Counted from the first letter of the stretch, positions 8,785 through 18,225 are shown. The stretch: DNA of 64,000 nucleotides from Candidatus Aminicenantes bacterium (GCA_963719985.1 CAVRDU010000005.1:770817-834816), one strand, 5' to 3'. Numbers and translations are program-made. Notes: generated by a model not told the origin, from the sequence alone.

Positions 8785-10124
8785 GTGCGTGGCTCCTTCC
8801 CGAAGGGATCGAGTCCGAGGGCGGCCTCCAGATTGAGGAAGGCGACGCCCAGGCCGTATCGCTCCCGGACGAGGCCGACCTCGGCCTCGAAGAGGCTGAC
8901 GTTGGCGTCGGCGACCTCGAGGGCGGAGGCCAGGCCCTGGCGATAGAGCTCGGCCGTCTCGGCCGCGTTCTTCTTGGCGACTTCGTGGGCGACGGAGGCC
9001 TGCCTGAGCGAGGCCCGCTGGTTCTCCAGGGACACAAGCGCTTCCCGGACCTCGACGTCCACGCGACGGACCGCCGCCTGGAGGTTGAGGTCGGCGAGCT
9101 TGGCCAGGGCCTTCCGTTCCCTGTTGTCGGCGAAGCGGGCCAGGCCGTCGAAGAGGGTCCAGCTCAGGGTGGCGCCGAAGTTCCAGTTCCAGGTCTTGCC
9201 GCTGAAGCCGGCTTCGTTCGTCATGACGTAGCGGCCGCTGGCGCTGAGCGAAGGCACCCATCGGAGCATGGGCTCCTTGGCCAGGTGGCGCTGCGCGGAC
9301 GCCTGCCAGCGGAGCGACCCGACGTCGAGGCGGCGGGCCAGGGCCTCCTCGACGAGGCTCTCGGCGACGGCGGCCTCGGCGGAGGCGGCTTCGATCAGGA
9401 ACTCCGGCACGACCAGAGGGGCGCGGACGGCCTCCGGGGCGTCGAGGAGATAGCCGAGCTGGAGGGTGCTGCTCTCGACGTCTCCCTTGACCCGTGTGAC
9501 CCCGACCTCGGCCGTGGCGTACTCGAGCTCGGCCCGGGTGACATCGTTGATCGAGGCCAGACCGGCCGCGTAGCGGGCCTTGGCCGCCTCGAGGTTCTGT
9601 CCGGCGAAGGCGAAGCGCCGTCCGGAGGCCTCCTGGACCTGGGCGGCTCCCAGGGTGGCCAGGAAGGCCTGGCCGACCTCGAAGGCCAGTTGGCGGCGGC
9701 TCTCGGCGGCCGCGTCCACCTCGGCGTTCCGCTGGGCCTTGACGGCCGAAAGCCCGGAAAGGCTGCGGGCGTCGAACAGGGTCAGGTTGAGCGACATGGT
9801 CTCCGAGAGGCCGTGGAGCCGCTGGATGACGACCTCGCTTTCGCCGACGGTGATCCGGCGCTCGTAGGGACGCCGCGTGTAGGTGCCCGTGCTGGTGATC
9901 GTGGGCAGGAAGAACGAGCGGGCCCGCTGGACCCGGGCGTTGGCGGCCGCCACGTCCTCCTGGGTGGCCAGGGATTGTTCGTTCCTCTCGAGGGCGAGCC
10001 GGACCGCCTCGTCCAGCGTCAGGGGCCGCTCCTGGGCGGCGATGCCGGGAGCCAGGAGCAGGATCAGGCCGCAGGACGCCGCGCCGAGGCGCCAAGCCCG
10101 GCCGGTACGGGATCTCTCTGCCAT
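8781..10124 (-). CDS. TolC-like outer membrane efflux protein
   Basis: 447-aa ORF with a signal peptide and two-repeat TolC architecture. Its stop overlaps the MFP GTG start (GTGA), so the three genes form a TolC-MFP-RND operon. Confidence 0.85.
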   Translation of the reverse strand: MAERSRTGRAWRLGAASCGLILLLAPGIAAQERPLTLDEAVRLALERNEQSLATQEDVAAANARVQRARSFFLPTITSTGTYTRRPYERRITVGESEVVIQRLHGLSETMSLNLTLFDARSLSGLSAVKAQRNAEVDAAAESRRQLAFEVGQAFLATLGAAQVQEASGRRFAFAGQNLEAAKARYAAGLASINDVTRAELEYATAEVGVTRVKGDVESSTLQLGYLLDAPEAVRAPLVVPEFLIEAASAEAAVAESLVEEALARRLDVGSLRWQASAQRHLAKEPMLRWVPSLSASGRYVMTNEAGFSGKTWNWNFGATLSWTLFDGLARFADNRERKALAKLADLNLQAAVRRVDVEVREALVSLENQRASLRQASVAHEVAKKNAAETAELYRQGLASALEVADANVSLFEAEVGLVRERYGLGVAFLNLEAALGLDPFGKEPRT

Positions 10125-10140
10125 AGTCGCCTCTCCTCAA

Positions 10141-10225
10141 GCGCGGGGCCTTCCGGGACGGCCCCGAAGCCGATTTAAATACAGGAATATACCATAATGT
10201 TTTTAGACGCCACAAACACGTCTTT
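10141..10225. promoter_or_regulatory. AT-rich divergent control region for the efflux operon (minus) and the O-methyltransferase (plus)
   Basis: Minus-strand candidate promoter TTGTGG-18bp-TATATT. Inverted repeat AGACGccacaaacaCGTCT at 10205-10223 overlaps the -35. A GGGGCC(9nt)GGCCCC hairpin at 10145-10165 lies in the 5' leader of the TolC gene. Confidence 0.4.
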
Positions 10226-10407
10226 CTTCCCCGGTCTGGCGGCCGGACCAGTGACCTGGGGGGGACCCCGGAGCGCGCCACGGACTCTCCGCGGGCCCGA
10301 GGGAAGAGAGCCGGGGTACTCCCGTCTAAACGGGTGGGAGGGGATATGTACCGCTCCGGTACGCGTCCCCTGACAAGCGAGCAGCCCCAGGGCTGACGGA
10401 GGCGATC

Positions 10408-11097
10408 ATGAACGCGAAAACGGTCTTCGCCGCGGGTCTGGCCCTCGCCCTGGCGTCCGCCCTCGCGGTCCCGGCCGCGCCCGGCCCGTCCGAGACGGCG
10501 GCGCAGGCGCCCCAAGCAGGCCGGGACCTCGACGCCAAGGTCCGGGCCTTCCTCGACGACCGGTCCGGACGGTGGCGCGACATGAACGTTCCCGAGGCGG
10601 ACGGGAAGATACTCTACGATATCATCGTCGAGAACGGATACACCCGGGCCCTCGAGATCGGGACCTCGACCGGCCATTCCGGCGTCTGGATCGCCTGGGC
10701 CCTGAGCAAGACCGGCGGCAAGCTCATCACCGTCGAGATCGACGAGGACCGGCACCGCGAGGCCGCAGCCCACTTCCGCGAGGCCGGTCTCGACGCACTC
10801 ATCGACGCCCGCCTGGCCGACGCCCACGAGCTCGTCCCGGCCCTGCCCGGGCCGTTCGACTTCGTCTTCTGCGACGCCGACAAGGATTGGTACAAGAACT
10901 ACTTCGTCGCCGTCCTGCCCAAGCTCACGGTCGGCGGCTCCTTCGTCGCCCACAACGTCTCGCCGCGGCAGAGGCGCGGCGGCTGGGGTAGCGCGAGCTT
11001 CGTCGAGCACGTCCTCTCGCTGCCGTTCATGGAGACGACCTTCCGCGAGGACAGCCGGTCGGGGATATCGGTCAGCGTCAAGCGGGCCGGGAAATAG
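10408..11097 (+). CDS. Class I SAM-dependent O-methyltransferase (family 3, caffeoyl-CoA OMT-like), signal peptide
   Basis: 229 aa with the typical OMT3 layout (LEIGTSTGHSGVWIAWAL..., VFCDADKDWY). N-terminal signal MNAKTVFAAGLALALASALA. SD GACGGAGG. Confidence 0.8.
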   Translation: MNAKTVFAAGLALALASALAVPAAPGPSETAAQAPQAGRDLDAKVRAFLDDRSGRWRDMNVPEADGKILYDIIVENGYTRALEIGTSTGHSGVWIAWALSKTGGKLITVEIDEDRHREAAAHFREAGLDALIDARLADAHELVPALPGPFDFVFCDADKDWYKNYFVAVLPKLTVGGSFVAHNVSPRQRRGGWGSASFVEHVLSLPFMETTFREDSRSGISVSVKRAGK

Positions 11098-11109
11098 GCC
11101 GCTCGCCAC

Positions 11110-11125
11110 GGCCGGCCCGCCGGCC
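11110..11125. terminator. Short GC hairpin between convergent genes (GGCCGG-cccg-CCGGCC)
   Basis: 6-bp perfect stem with a 4-nt loop, lying between the OMT stop (11097) and the CorA stop (11125). No U-tract. Confidence 0.3.
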
Positions 11126-12042
11126 TACCACTTCTTGTATCTCCAGAAGACCAAAAAACCGACCATGGAGATGCCGGCCAGGCCCATGATCTTCCAGAAG
11201 GACGGCAGCTCCTTCAGGCCGAACGGCAGGACGACGTTCATGGAGAAGATCGAGACGACGAGCGTCGGCACCATGATCGAGATGGTGATGATGTTCAGGG
11301 TCTTCATCAGCACGTTGAGGTTGTTGCTGACGATGGAGGCCCGGGCGTCCATCAGGCTGGCCAGGATGTTCGAGTAGACCTCGGCCTGCCGGTAGCACTG
11401 GCTGTTCTCGATGACGATGTCGTCGAGGAGCTCCATCTCCTCCTGCGTGAAGCCGAACTTGGGCGCGTTGTGGCGGATCTTCTCGATCAGGGCGCCGTTG
11501 GAGTTGACGGCGTTCTGGTAGTAGACCAGGCTCTTTTGCAGGGCGAAGAGGTTGATGAGATACTTGTTCTCCATGGCCTTGTTGATCTTCTGCTCGACGT
11601 CGTCGGCGATCTGGTTGATGATCCTGAGGTGTTCCATGAAGTGGAAGATGGCCCGGTAGATGAGCCGGATGACGAGCTCGCGGACGCTCCCGACCTTGGC
11701 CAGCTGTTTCCCCTCGAACAGGCTCGTCTCCCCGGCCGAGACCAGGATGAGGAGCTCGCCGAAGTAGAAGACGCCCATCGTCGAGGCCTTGAACAGGAGC
11801 TGGTCGTCGCCCGAGTAGTTCTTGGGGCGCTTGTAGATGAAGGCGATATGCCCCGGCTCGCTCTCGAGACGGGCCTGCTCGTCGGGGTCGAGAGCGGAGT
11901 TGAGGGTGTGCTCGTCGACCTGGTAGGAGTCGACGAGGAGTCGTTTCTCCGCTTCGTCGGGGTTGATATAGAGGAGGATGGGGGCCTCGGCGTCGGTGGC
12001 CTCGACGATCTTGTGGTTCTCGATCTTGTAGCGTCTGAGCAT
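11125..12042 (-). CDS. CorA-family Mg2+/Co2+ transporter
   Basis: 305 aa with a cytoplasmic N-terminal domain and two C-terminal TM helices. It carries the variant signature FSMNVVLP in place of the canonical YGMNF. Confidence 0.8.
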   Translation of the reverse strand: MLRRYKIENHKIVEATDAEAPILLYINPDEAEKRLLVDSYQVDEHTLNSALDPDEQARLESEPGHIAFIYKRPKNYSGDDQLLFKASTMGVFYFGELLILVSAGETSLFEGKQLAKVGSVRELVIRLIYRAIFHFMEHLRIINQIADDVEQKINKAMENKYLINLFALQKSLVYYQNAVNSNGALIEKIRHNAPKFGFTQEEMELLDDIVIENSQCYRQAEVYSNILASLMDARASIVSNNLNVLMKTLNIITISIMVPTLVVSIFSMNVVLPFGLKELPSFWKIMGLAGISMVGFLVFWRYKKW

Positions 12043-12115
12043 CCCCGGACTCCTTTCGCGCGTCCGAGCTTCCGGAGGACATTATGCCCCCTGCCCGCGG
12101 CCTTGGCAAGCCGTT

Positions 12116-13873
12116 TCACTTCTCGAGCTTGACCTTCCTCGCGATCCTGCCGCCGTGCCGCGACTCGTACGTGACCGTCACTTCGCCCTTGCCCTCGACG
12201 AGGAACTGGTGCTCGATCTTGCCGAAGCCGGGAACGACCAGGAACTGGATCTCGGGCCTGTCCTTCTTATAGGTGACCTGATCGCGGTAGGGATCGACGA
12301 GCAGGCCGCCGGCGACCACCTTGCCCCCGGAGATCTCGAGCGTGTCCTTGGGGTGGAGGTTGGCCTTCTCCGCGAGGGCGCTCACGGTCGGCATGGCCTT
12401 GAGATTGGAGAGGCGGGTCCGGACGCGGGTGAGCCCGCCTCCGAGCGGCTTGACCTCGACGACGTCGAGGGAGACCTCGGGCAGGTGCTTGGCCGTGAAC
12501 AGGACGGCCATGGCGTTGCGGTGGACGAGGTCCTTGATCATGAACGGCGGGCCGAGGCGGGAGCTCATCTTGACCCAGCCGCCGATCTCGACGTCGCCGT
12601 ACTCGGGGTGCTTGAACGGCTTCCAGGGTTTGTAGAGGTCGCCCTGGACGACGTGGTCGCTGAACTTGATCCGCTCGCGCTCGGACACGCCGCCGGAGAA
12701 GATGTCGCTCACGGCCTGCTCGCCCGGCGCCCCGGCCCGGGGCCTCTCCGAGGCACCTTGAAAGGCCTCCGACGCGCTCAGGAAGACCTCGGCGCAATAG
12801 AAAAAGGCGCCGAGCGTCGCGGTCGCCCACTCGCCGGAGTCGCCGTAGGTCGTGTAGAGGTCCTTCCAGGAGATGAGGTAGCGGTAGCCGGGGATGATCC
12901 GCTCGCCCTGCTTGCCGAGATAGTCGTAGACGGCGATGTCCTGAGGGGGATACTCGCCGAGGCCCTTGCGGCTGGGCCCGCGGAGGATCATGCCGCCGCT
13001 GTTGTGGAAGGACCAGACGAAGGCGATGTTGGTCTTGGTCATCATCCACTCGGCCAGGCCCTTGAGGCCGGTCCCCGAGAAGGGATACTCCCCGGAGCCG
13101 CTCTGGACGTAGGGCGGGGCCCAGTCGTAGCCCCAGTTGCGGTTGGGATCGACGTAGCCCTCGCCGTCCTCGTTGACGCGGCCGTCGCCGTCGTTGTCGA
13201 GGCCCTCGTCGCCGAGGACCGTCCACTCCCCCTTCTCTCCCGGCTTGACCCGGACCATCAGCCGCGGGTCCTCGGGGTCGGTCCGGAAGGGGCCGAACGG
13301 GTCTTTCTTGCGCATGACGCAGATGTTGCCGTCGCCGTCGAGGTCGTCGGCCCCGTCCTCGTCGACGAGGCCGTCCCGGTCGTCGTCGACGGGGATGCGC
13401 AGCGTCCGGTTGCTGCTGGGCGTGTTGGGGTCGGCGAGGAAGTGGAAGCGGCCGTCGACGTTGACGACGGGCACGACGTAGAAACAGACCCGGTCGACGA
13501 GACGCGTCAGCTCGTCGTTCTTGCCGTAGCCGCCGAGGAGGTAGTCGAGGAGGTAGAGCGAGATGTCGCCGCCCTGGATCTCGTTGCCGTGCATGTTGCC
13601 GTCGACGTAGATCGCGGGCTTGTCCAGGGCGGGGCCGGTCTTGGGATTGTTGACGGTCATGGCCATGAGGGCCCGGCCCTCCTCGCTCGTCCCGACCTTT
13701 TCGACGCTCGTCAGCTCGGGGTAGGCCTTGTTGAGCGCGCGGAGGGCCTCGACGACCTGGTCGTAGGTGTAGTAATTGTCGAAGCGCAGGGGAACGGTGA
13801 TCCCCGCCTTCTGGGCGGGCAGGGTCGACGCGGCCAGCGCGACGACGAGGGCGAACGCGGCGATTCTCTTCAC
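12116..13873 (-). CDS. M14-family zinc carboxypeptidase with Ca-binding Asp-rich repeats (predicted active)
   Basis: C-terminal 585 aa of the fused track ORF 12116..15052. GTG start (GGGAGG-6nt-GTG) overlaps the upstream paralog stop by 2 nt. Signal peptide present. Zn/substrate motifs intact: NMHGNE (H..E), NVDGR, NRNW, SFHNSGG. Contains DDDRDGLVDEDGADDLDGDGN and DNDGDGRVNEDG repeats. Confidence 0.8.
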   Translation of the reverse strand: MKRIAAFALVVALAASTLPAQKAGITVPLRFDNYYTYDQVVEALRALNKAYPELTSVEKVGTSEEGRALMAMTVNNPKTGPALDKPAIYVDGNMHGNEIQGGDISLYLLDYLLGGYGKNDELTRLVDRVCFYVVPVVNVDGRFHFLADPNTPSSNRTLRIPVDDDRDGLVDEDGADDLDGDGNICVMRKKDPFGPFRTDPEDPRLMVRVKPGEKGEWTVLGDEGLDNDGDGRVNEDGEGYVDPNRNWGYDWAPPYVQSGSGEYPFSGTGLKGLAEWMMTKTNIAFVWSFHNSGGMILRGPSRKGLGEYPPQDIAVYDYLGKQGERIIPGYRYLISWKDLYTTYGDSGEWATATLGAFFYCAEVFLSASEAFQGASERPRAGAPGEQAVSDIFSGGVSERERIKFSDHVVQGDLYKPWKPFKHPEYGDVEIGGWVKMSSRLGPPFMIKDLVHRNAMAVLFTAKHLPEVSLDVVEVKPLGGGLTRVRTRLSNLKAMPTVSALAEKANLHPKDTLEISGGKVVAGGLLVDPYRDQVTYKKDRPEIQFLVVPGFGKIEHQFLVEGKGEVTVTYESRHGGRIARKVKLEK

Positions 13874-15927
13874 TTCACACCTCCCAGGTCGACCGCTCGG
13901 GAATCGCCCCAGGCGATCTTCGTCTCCGCGCGGACCTCGAGCTTGACGGGCTTGGCGGCCCGGACGATCCAAGTCACCGGCTGGGAGCCGTGGGCCGCGA
14001 TGGCGGGGACGAGGCTCCGGCTCTTCCCCTCGACGATGTCGAAGCCCTGGCCTCCGAGCGTGACGACGACGGGCAGGACGCGCTCGTTGCGCTTGCCCAT
14101 CGCCGTCGGGTAGGGCAGGTCGGAGACGTTCTCGACCCAGGCCTTGATCTCGTAGAGCCCGGCCCCGAGCCGCTTCGCCTTGACGTCGGCGAAACGGACG
14201 CGGGCCATTTTCTTGGCCACCTCGAAGACCCAGGGGACCTGGCCCTGAAGCAGGCCCTCGATCATCTTCGGCGGCGGGGTGGTGTCGGCGTAAGGGACCG
14301 GACCGCCGATCTCGACGTCGCCGAGCGTCGGGTGCTTGAACGGCTTCCAGGGGACGAAGCCCCGGCCGCCGAGCTCCTGGTCGCTCCAGGCGAGCAGGGC
14401 CTTCTCCTTCGGGTCGGCGCCCTCCTCGCTCGGCTTCTTCGGCATCTGCTTCATCATCTCGGCCATCTTCTTGGTGTCGACCTGCCCGGACGTGATCATC
14501 GCGATGACTTGCTTGGCCTTGAAGGAGTCGGGCGCGCCGGCGCTCTTGAGAAAGGCGCCGATCTTCTCCTCGCCGAGGGCGATGAACTCGTCGTTCGTCA
14601 TCTTCTCGAGCTTCTCCGGCGTGATCTCGTCGGCCGGCTTGTCCTCCTTGACCTCGGGCAGGGTCCAGAAATCCAGGGCGAAGGCGGGCAGGCCGAGGTG
14701 GTAGTAGGCCCAGAGCTCGAACGAGCCGTCCTTGTCGGGCGCCGGGTCGAGGCGCTTGGCGTCGAGCTTGGCGGCCTTGAGGAACTCCTTGTATCTCTCC
14801 GAAAGCTCCTTCCAGAACTTGAGGTCGTCCTCGAGCGGATTGACGACCGCGCCGAGGCCCAGGAAGCTGGCGATCATCCCCTCGGTCACCTCCATCCCGG
14901 ACGGGACGAGGGGCTTGACCATGTCCATGATCTCCGCGATCGTGTAGGTCCGGGTCGGATCGGCGTTGATGAAGCCGGCCATGTTCTCCGGGACCTTGAT
15001 CTGGTCGAGGTCGGCGTCCCCCTTCCGGCCGCCGCGGGGCGGTGCGAGGCACCAGTTCGATCCGCCGAAGGCGAAAGCCAGCCCGATCTCGCGGTGGGCG
15101 TCGAAGAACTCGAACAAGGCGTAGGTCTCCGCCTCGCTCCCGGGCCAGGGGCCGGAATCGGCGGCGTGGTACTTGAAGAGATGGGGGAAGGCCGCGCCGA
15201 GGTTGACCCCGCCCGGCCCGTCCTCGTTGAAGCGGCCGTCACCGTCGTTGTCGATCCCCTCGGGATAGAGCTTCCAGACGCCCTTCTCGCCCTTCGTCCC
15301 GTCGGCCCTTTTCATGAGGCGGGGCTCGCCCGGGACGGCGATCCAGGCGCCTTCGGGGTCCTTGACCCGCATCTGGGCGACGAGGCCGTCGCCGTCGAGG
15401 TCGTCGGGGCCGTCCTCGTCGGTCGCATCGTCCTGGTCGTCGTTCCACGGCCGGGCGTTGCGGGTGTCTAAGCGCAGGGGCTTCGCGGAATGGAGGGCCG
15501 CGGCGTCGGGATTGCCGCAGGCGAGGACGTACCAGGTCCGGTCGGTCCGCATGTCGGCCTTGTCGCAGAGGAGCCGGGCCAGGTAGAGGGCGGCCTCCCC
15601 GGCGAGGGGGACGGTCCCTTCCATGTTGGCCGCGACGAAGACGGCCGGCAGGGTCTTGGCCGATTTGGCCGTCTCGGGCCCGATCTCGATGAGGGCGAGA
15701 TCGCGGCCTCCGGCCGTCTTGGCCAGGACGTGTACCTTGGCGAAGCCGGGATGGGCCCCGGCCAGCTCCCGGAGCGCGGCGACCGTCTCGCCGGGCGTGT
15801 GATATCGATCGAACGTCAAGGGGCTGTCCCCGGAGGGACCTATCCCTCTTGGGCTTGTCGTAGCCATCCCGAGGGCGACGAGGACGAAGGTCAGGACCAG
15901 GATGATGGGGATTCGGCGCAAAGTCAC
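13870..15927 (-). CDS. M14-like paralog with degenerate active site (predicted pseudo-peptidase), exported
   Basis: 685-aa ORF with a GTG start and signal peptide. It aligns with the downstream paralog, including the Asp-rich repeats and FKHPxxGDVEIGG. All catalytic positions are substituted: HGNE to NMEGTV, NVDGR to NPDAA, NRNW to NLGAAF, SFHNSGG to AFGGSNW. Confidence 0.75.
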   Translation of the reverse strand: MTLRRIPIILVLTFVLVALGMATTSPRGIGPSGDSPLTFDRYHTPGETVAALRELAGAHPGFAKVHVLAKTAGGRDLALIEIGPETAKSAKTLPAVFVAANMEGTVPLAGEAALYLARLLCDKADMRTDRTWYVLACGNPDAAALHSAKPLRLDTRNARPWNDDQDDATDEDGPDDLDGDGLVAQMRVKDPEGAWIAVPGEPRLMKRADGTKGEKGVWKLYPEGIDNDGDGRFNEDGPGGVNLGAAFPHLFKYHAADSGPWPGSEAETYALFEFFDAHREIGLAFAFGGSNWCLAPPRGGRKGDADLDQIKVPENMAGFINADPTRTYTIAEIMDMVKPLVPSGMEVTEGMIASFLGLGAVVNPLEDDLKFWKELSERYKEFLKAAKLDAKRLDPAPDKDGSFELWAYYHLGLPAFALDFWTLPEVKEDKPADEITPEKLEKMTNDEFIALGEEKIGAFLKSAGAPDSFKAKQVIAMITSGQVDTKKMAEMMKQMPKKPSEEGADPKEKALLAWSDQELGGRGFVPWKPFKHPTLGDVEIGGPVPYADTTPPPKMIEGLLQGQVPWVFEVAKKMARVRFADVKAKRLGAGLYEIKAWVENVSDLPYPTAMGKRNERVLPVVVTLGGQGFDIVEGKSRSLVPAIAAHGSQPVTWIVRAAKPVKLEVRAETKIAWGDSRAVDLGGVK

Positions 15928-16108
15928 GTGAGGATACCTCCGTTGAGAGGATTATTTCGACATTGTCTCAGAACGGGCCGGCGAATTCAACGCGAACTCG
16001 ACGCTCTTTTATCTATACGCGGGGCGCGCGCCGATAGTTCCTCCGGTCCTTGACCGACGGCGGCTTCGAGTGATAGATATCCCTCAAGTCCCCGATACGG
16101 AGGTCCAC

Positions 16109-17467
16109 ATGATCAAGAAAGCGGCGATCGTGTTCCTCGCCCTCGGCGTCTTCGTCCTCGCCGGGATCGAGTTCCGGGCCGCGGCCCAGCATCACGGCGG
16201 GACGCCGTCGGTCCTGTCCATGCGCGAGCGGGCCGCCGTCGTCCACAGGACCACGGCCAAGCGCCTCGACACGCTCCTCCCCCGGATGATGCGCGAGACC
16301 GGCCTCGACATGTGGATCATCTCCTGCAACGAGGACAACCTCGATCCCCTCTTCGAGACCATGGTCCCCTACCGGAACTGGAACCCCATCACCCAGGTCC
16401 TCGTCCTCTTCGACCGCGGACCGGAAAAGGGCGTCGAGCGATTGAACGTCTCCCGGACCGACACCCAGGGCCTGTTCAAGAGCGCCTGGGACGCCTCGGC
16501 TTGGGACCAGAAGAAGGGCGAGAGCCAGTGGGAGGCCTTGGGCCGCGTCGTCCGCGAGCGCGATCCAAAGGCGATCGGCCTCAACGAAGGCGAGGTCCAG
16601 TGGGCGGCCGGCGGGCTGACCTCGGTCCTCAAGAAGCGGATCGTCGAGGCCGTGGGGCCGAAATACGCCGCCCGCCTCCGGTCGGCCGAGCCTCTGGCGA
16701 CCCTCTGGGCCGAGACGCTCCTCGAGGAGGAGGTCGAGCTCATGGAGCGGGCAGCCGCCCTGTCGCGGTCCATCATCGCCGACATGTTCTCGTCGAAGGT
16801 CGTCACGGTCGGCCAGACCACGGCCGAGGACCTCCGCTGGTACTACTGGCAGCGCATCGCCGACCTCGGCCTCAAGGAGTCCTTCTCCCCCTTCGTCTCG
16901 ATCCGCGGCCGCTCGCCGAAGGACGTGGAGAAATGGGGCAAGGACGACAAGGTCATCCGGCCGGGGGACCTCCTCCACTGCGACGTGGGCCTGAAGTACA
17001 TGCGCTACAACAGCGATCATCAGGAGATGGCCTACGTCCTGCGGCCTGGCGAGACGGACGCGCCGGAGACCTTCAAGAAGCTCATGGCCGAGGCCAACCG
17101 CCTCCAGGACGTCTATTGCGGCGAGTTCAAGACGGGCCTCGCCGGGAACGAGCTCCTAGGCCGGATCCTCGAGAAGGCGCGCGCGCTGGGCATCCCCGGC
17201 CCGCGCGTCTATTCCCACTCGCTGGGGCTCTTCCTCCACGAGCCGGGGCCGCTCATCGGCCTGCCCTGGGAGCAGGTGAACAACGCGGGCCGGGGCGACG
17301 TCAAGCTCGTCCCCATGAGCGCGTTCGTCGTCGAGCTCAGCGTCACCGGGCCGGTCCCCGAATGGGGCGTCGACTTCCGCCTCCCCCTCGAGCAGGACAT
17401 CGTCTTCGACGGCGAGCGGACGCAATTCCTGGCCGGCCGCCAGACGGCCTTCCACCTCATCCATTGA
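16109..17467 (+). CDS. M24-family metallopeptidase (Xaa-Pro aminopeptidase/creatinase-like), signal peptide
   Basis: Track ORF 16070..17467. Preferred ATG at 16109 (GGAGG-5nt-ATG) gives MIKKAAIVFLALGVFVLAG. The C-terminal pita-bread domain is recognisable (HCDVGLKYMRYNSDHQEMAYV, HSLGLFLHE). Confidence 0.75.
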   Translation: MIKKAAIVFLALGVFVLAGIEFRAAAQHHGGTPSVLSMRERAAVVHRTTAKRLDTLLPRMMRETGLDMWIISCNEDNLDPLFETMVPYRNWNPITQVLVLFDRGPEKGVERLNVSRTDTQGLFKSAWDASAWDQKKGESQWEALGRVVRERDPKAIGLNEGEVQWAAGGLTSVLKKRIVEAVGPKYAARLRSAEPLATLWAETLLEEEVELMERAAALSRSIIADMFSSKVVTVGQTTAEDLRWYYWQRIADLGLKESFSPFVSIRGRSPKDVEKWGKDDKVIRPGDLLHCDVGLKYMRYNSDHQEMAYVLRPGETDAPETFKKLMAEANRLQDVYCGEFKTGLAGNELLGRILEKARALGIPGPRVYSHSLGLFLHEPGPLIGLPWEQVNNAGRGDVKLVPMSAFVVELSVTGPVPEWGVDFRLPLEQDIVFDGERTQFLAGRQTAFHLIH

Positions 17468-17476
17468 GGGAAATAG

Positions 17477-17525
17477 GGACGTTTCTCCTTTTCTCGGCGG
17501 GAAAAAGAGAAACGTCCCCGTTTCC
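17477..17525 (+). terminator. Long imperfect hairpin downstream of the M24 gene: candidate intrinsic terminator
   Basis: GGGACGTTTCTCCTTTTTC-tcggcgg-GAAAAAGAGAAACGTCCC forms an 18-bp stem with one bulge, followed by CCGTTTCC (a weak T tract). Confidence 0.45.
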
Positions 17526-17598
17526 AGCAAAGGCCGGGCCGTCCGACTAAATCCTCGGAAGCCCTCGGAGAGGGCCGAGTTCACGAAGGAGACCGCCC

Positions 17599-18225
17599 AT
17601 GAAATGGAGAACGATAGCCCCCCTCGTCGCCCTTGTCGCCGTTACGGCCTGTGGCAGGGCCAGGTACGTGGTCGTCCCGCCCGCCGTCGACCTGGCCGCT
17701 TTCGACTCGGTCGGCCTCATCGTCTTCAAGGCCGAGGGCGCCAAAGGCGACCTCGATGCCGTGGCGACGCAGTATTTCCTCCAGGAGGTCATGGCGGCCC
17801 AGCGCGTGCCCGTCGTCGAGTTCGGCCCCGTCGACGGCCTCCTTGCGGACATCGGCAGGCCGGGCCTGGACCGCGACGCGGCCCTGGCCATCGGCCAGAA
17901 GTCCGACGTCGGCGCCTTCTTCGCCGGGGAGATCAAGGTGACCAAGGTCAAGCCCCGCATAGACCTGGCCGCCCCCCTGAGCAAGTCGCTTTTCGCCCGG
18001 GCCGCGTTCGACATCACGGTGACGGCCCGGCTCGTCTCCACGGCGAACGGCGCGACGTTGTGGACGCAATCGATCACCCGCCAGGGGACGGTCGGCTCCG
18101 TCGGCATGGACGGCGGCGTCCCTGTCTTCGCCGTCCGCGACCAGAGCGCGGCCATGAGCGAGGTCCTCCGGGAGATCTCGTTCCAGATGACTTGGGACTT
18201 CCGGCCGACCCGCCGGCGCCTCTGA
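17599..18225 (+). CDS. Lipoprotein of unknown function
   Basis: 208 aa with lipobox LVALVAVTACG, SD GAAGGAGA, and coding-like codon usage. Confidence 0.6.
   Translation: MKWRTIAPLVALVAVTACGRARYVVVPPAVDLAAFDSVGLIVFKAEGAKGDLDAVATQYFLQEVMAAQRVPVVEFGPVDGLLADIGRPGLDRDAALAIGQKSDVGAFFAGEIKVTKVKPRIDLAAPLSKSLFARAAFDITVTARLVSTANGATLWTQSITRQGTVGSVGMDGGVPVFAVRDQSAAMSEVLREISFQMTWDFRPTRRRL

Noticed and set aside
6079-8946. 955-aa plus-strand ORF and other long R/G/D/P-rich ORFs overlapping acrB and the MFP
   Set aside because: They are antisense to well-supported RND genes, and their composition (GC-rich codons, no stops) is typical of antisense high-GC frames.
7645-11109. 1154-aa minus-strand ORF
   Set aside because: It is a read-through artefact. 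Only the last 379 aa (the MFP, with a GTG start and SD) are real. Upstream it crosses the TolC gene in a wrong frame.
12116-15052. 978-aa ORF fusing both M14 genes
   Set aside because: The upstream portion is the wrong frame of the first M14 paralog. The real gene starts at the SD-preceded GTG at 13873.
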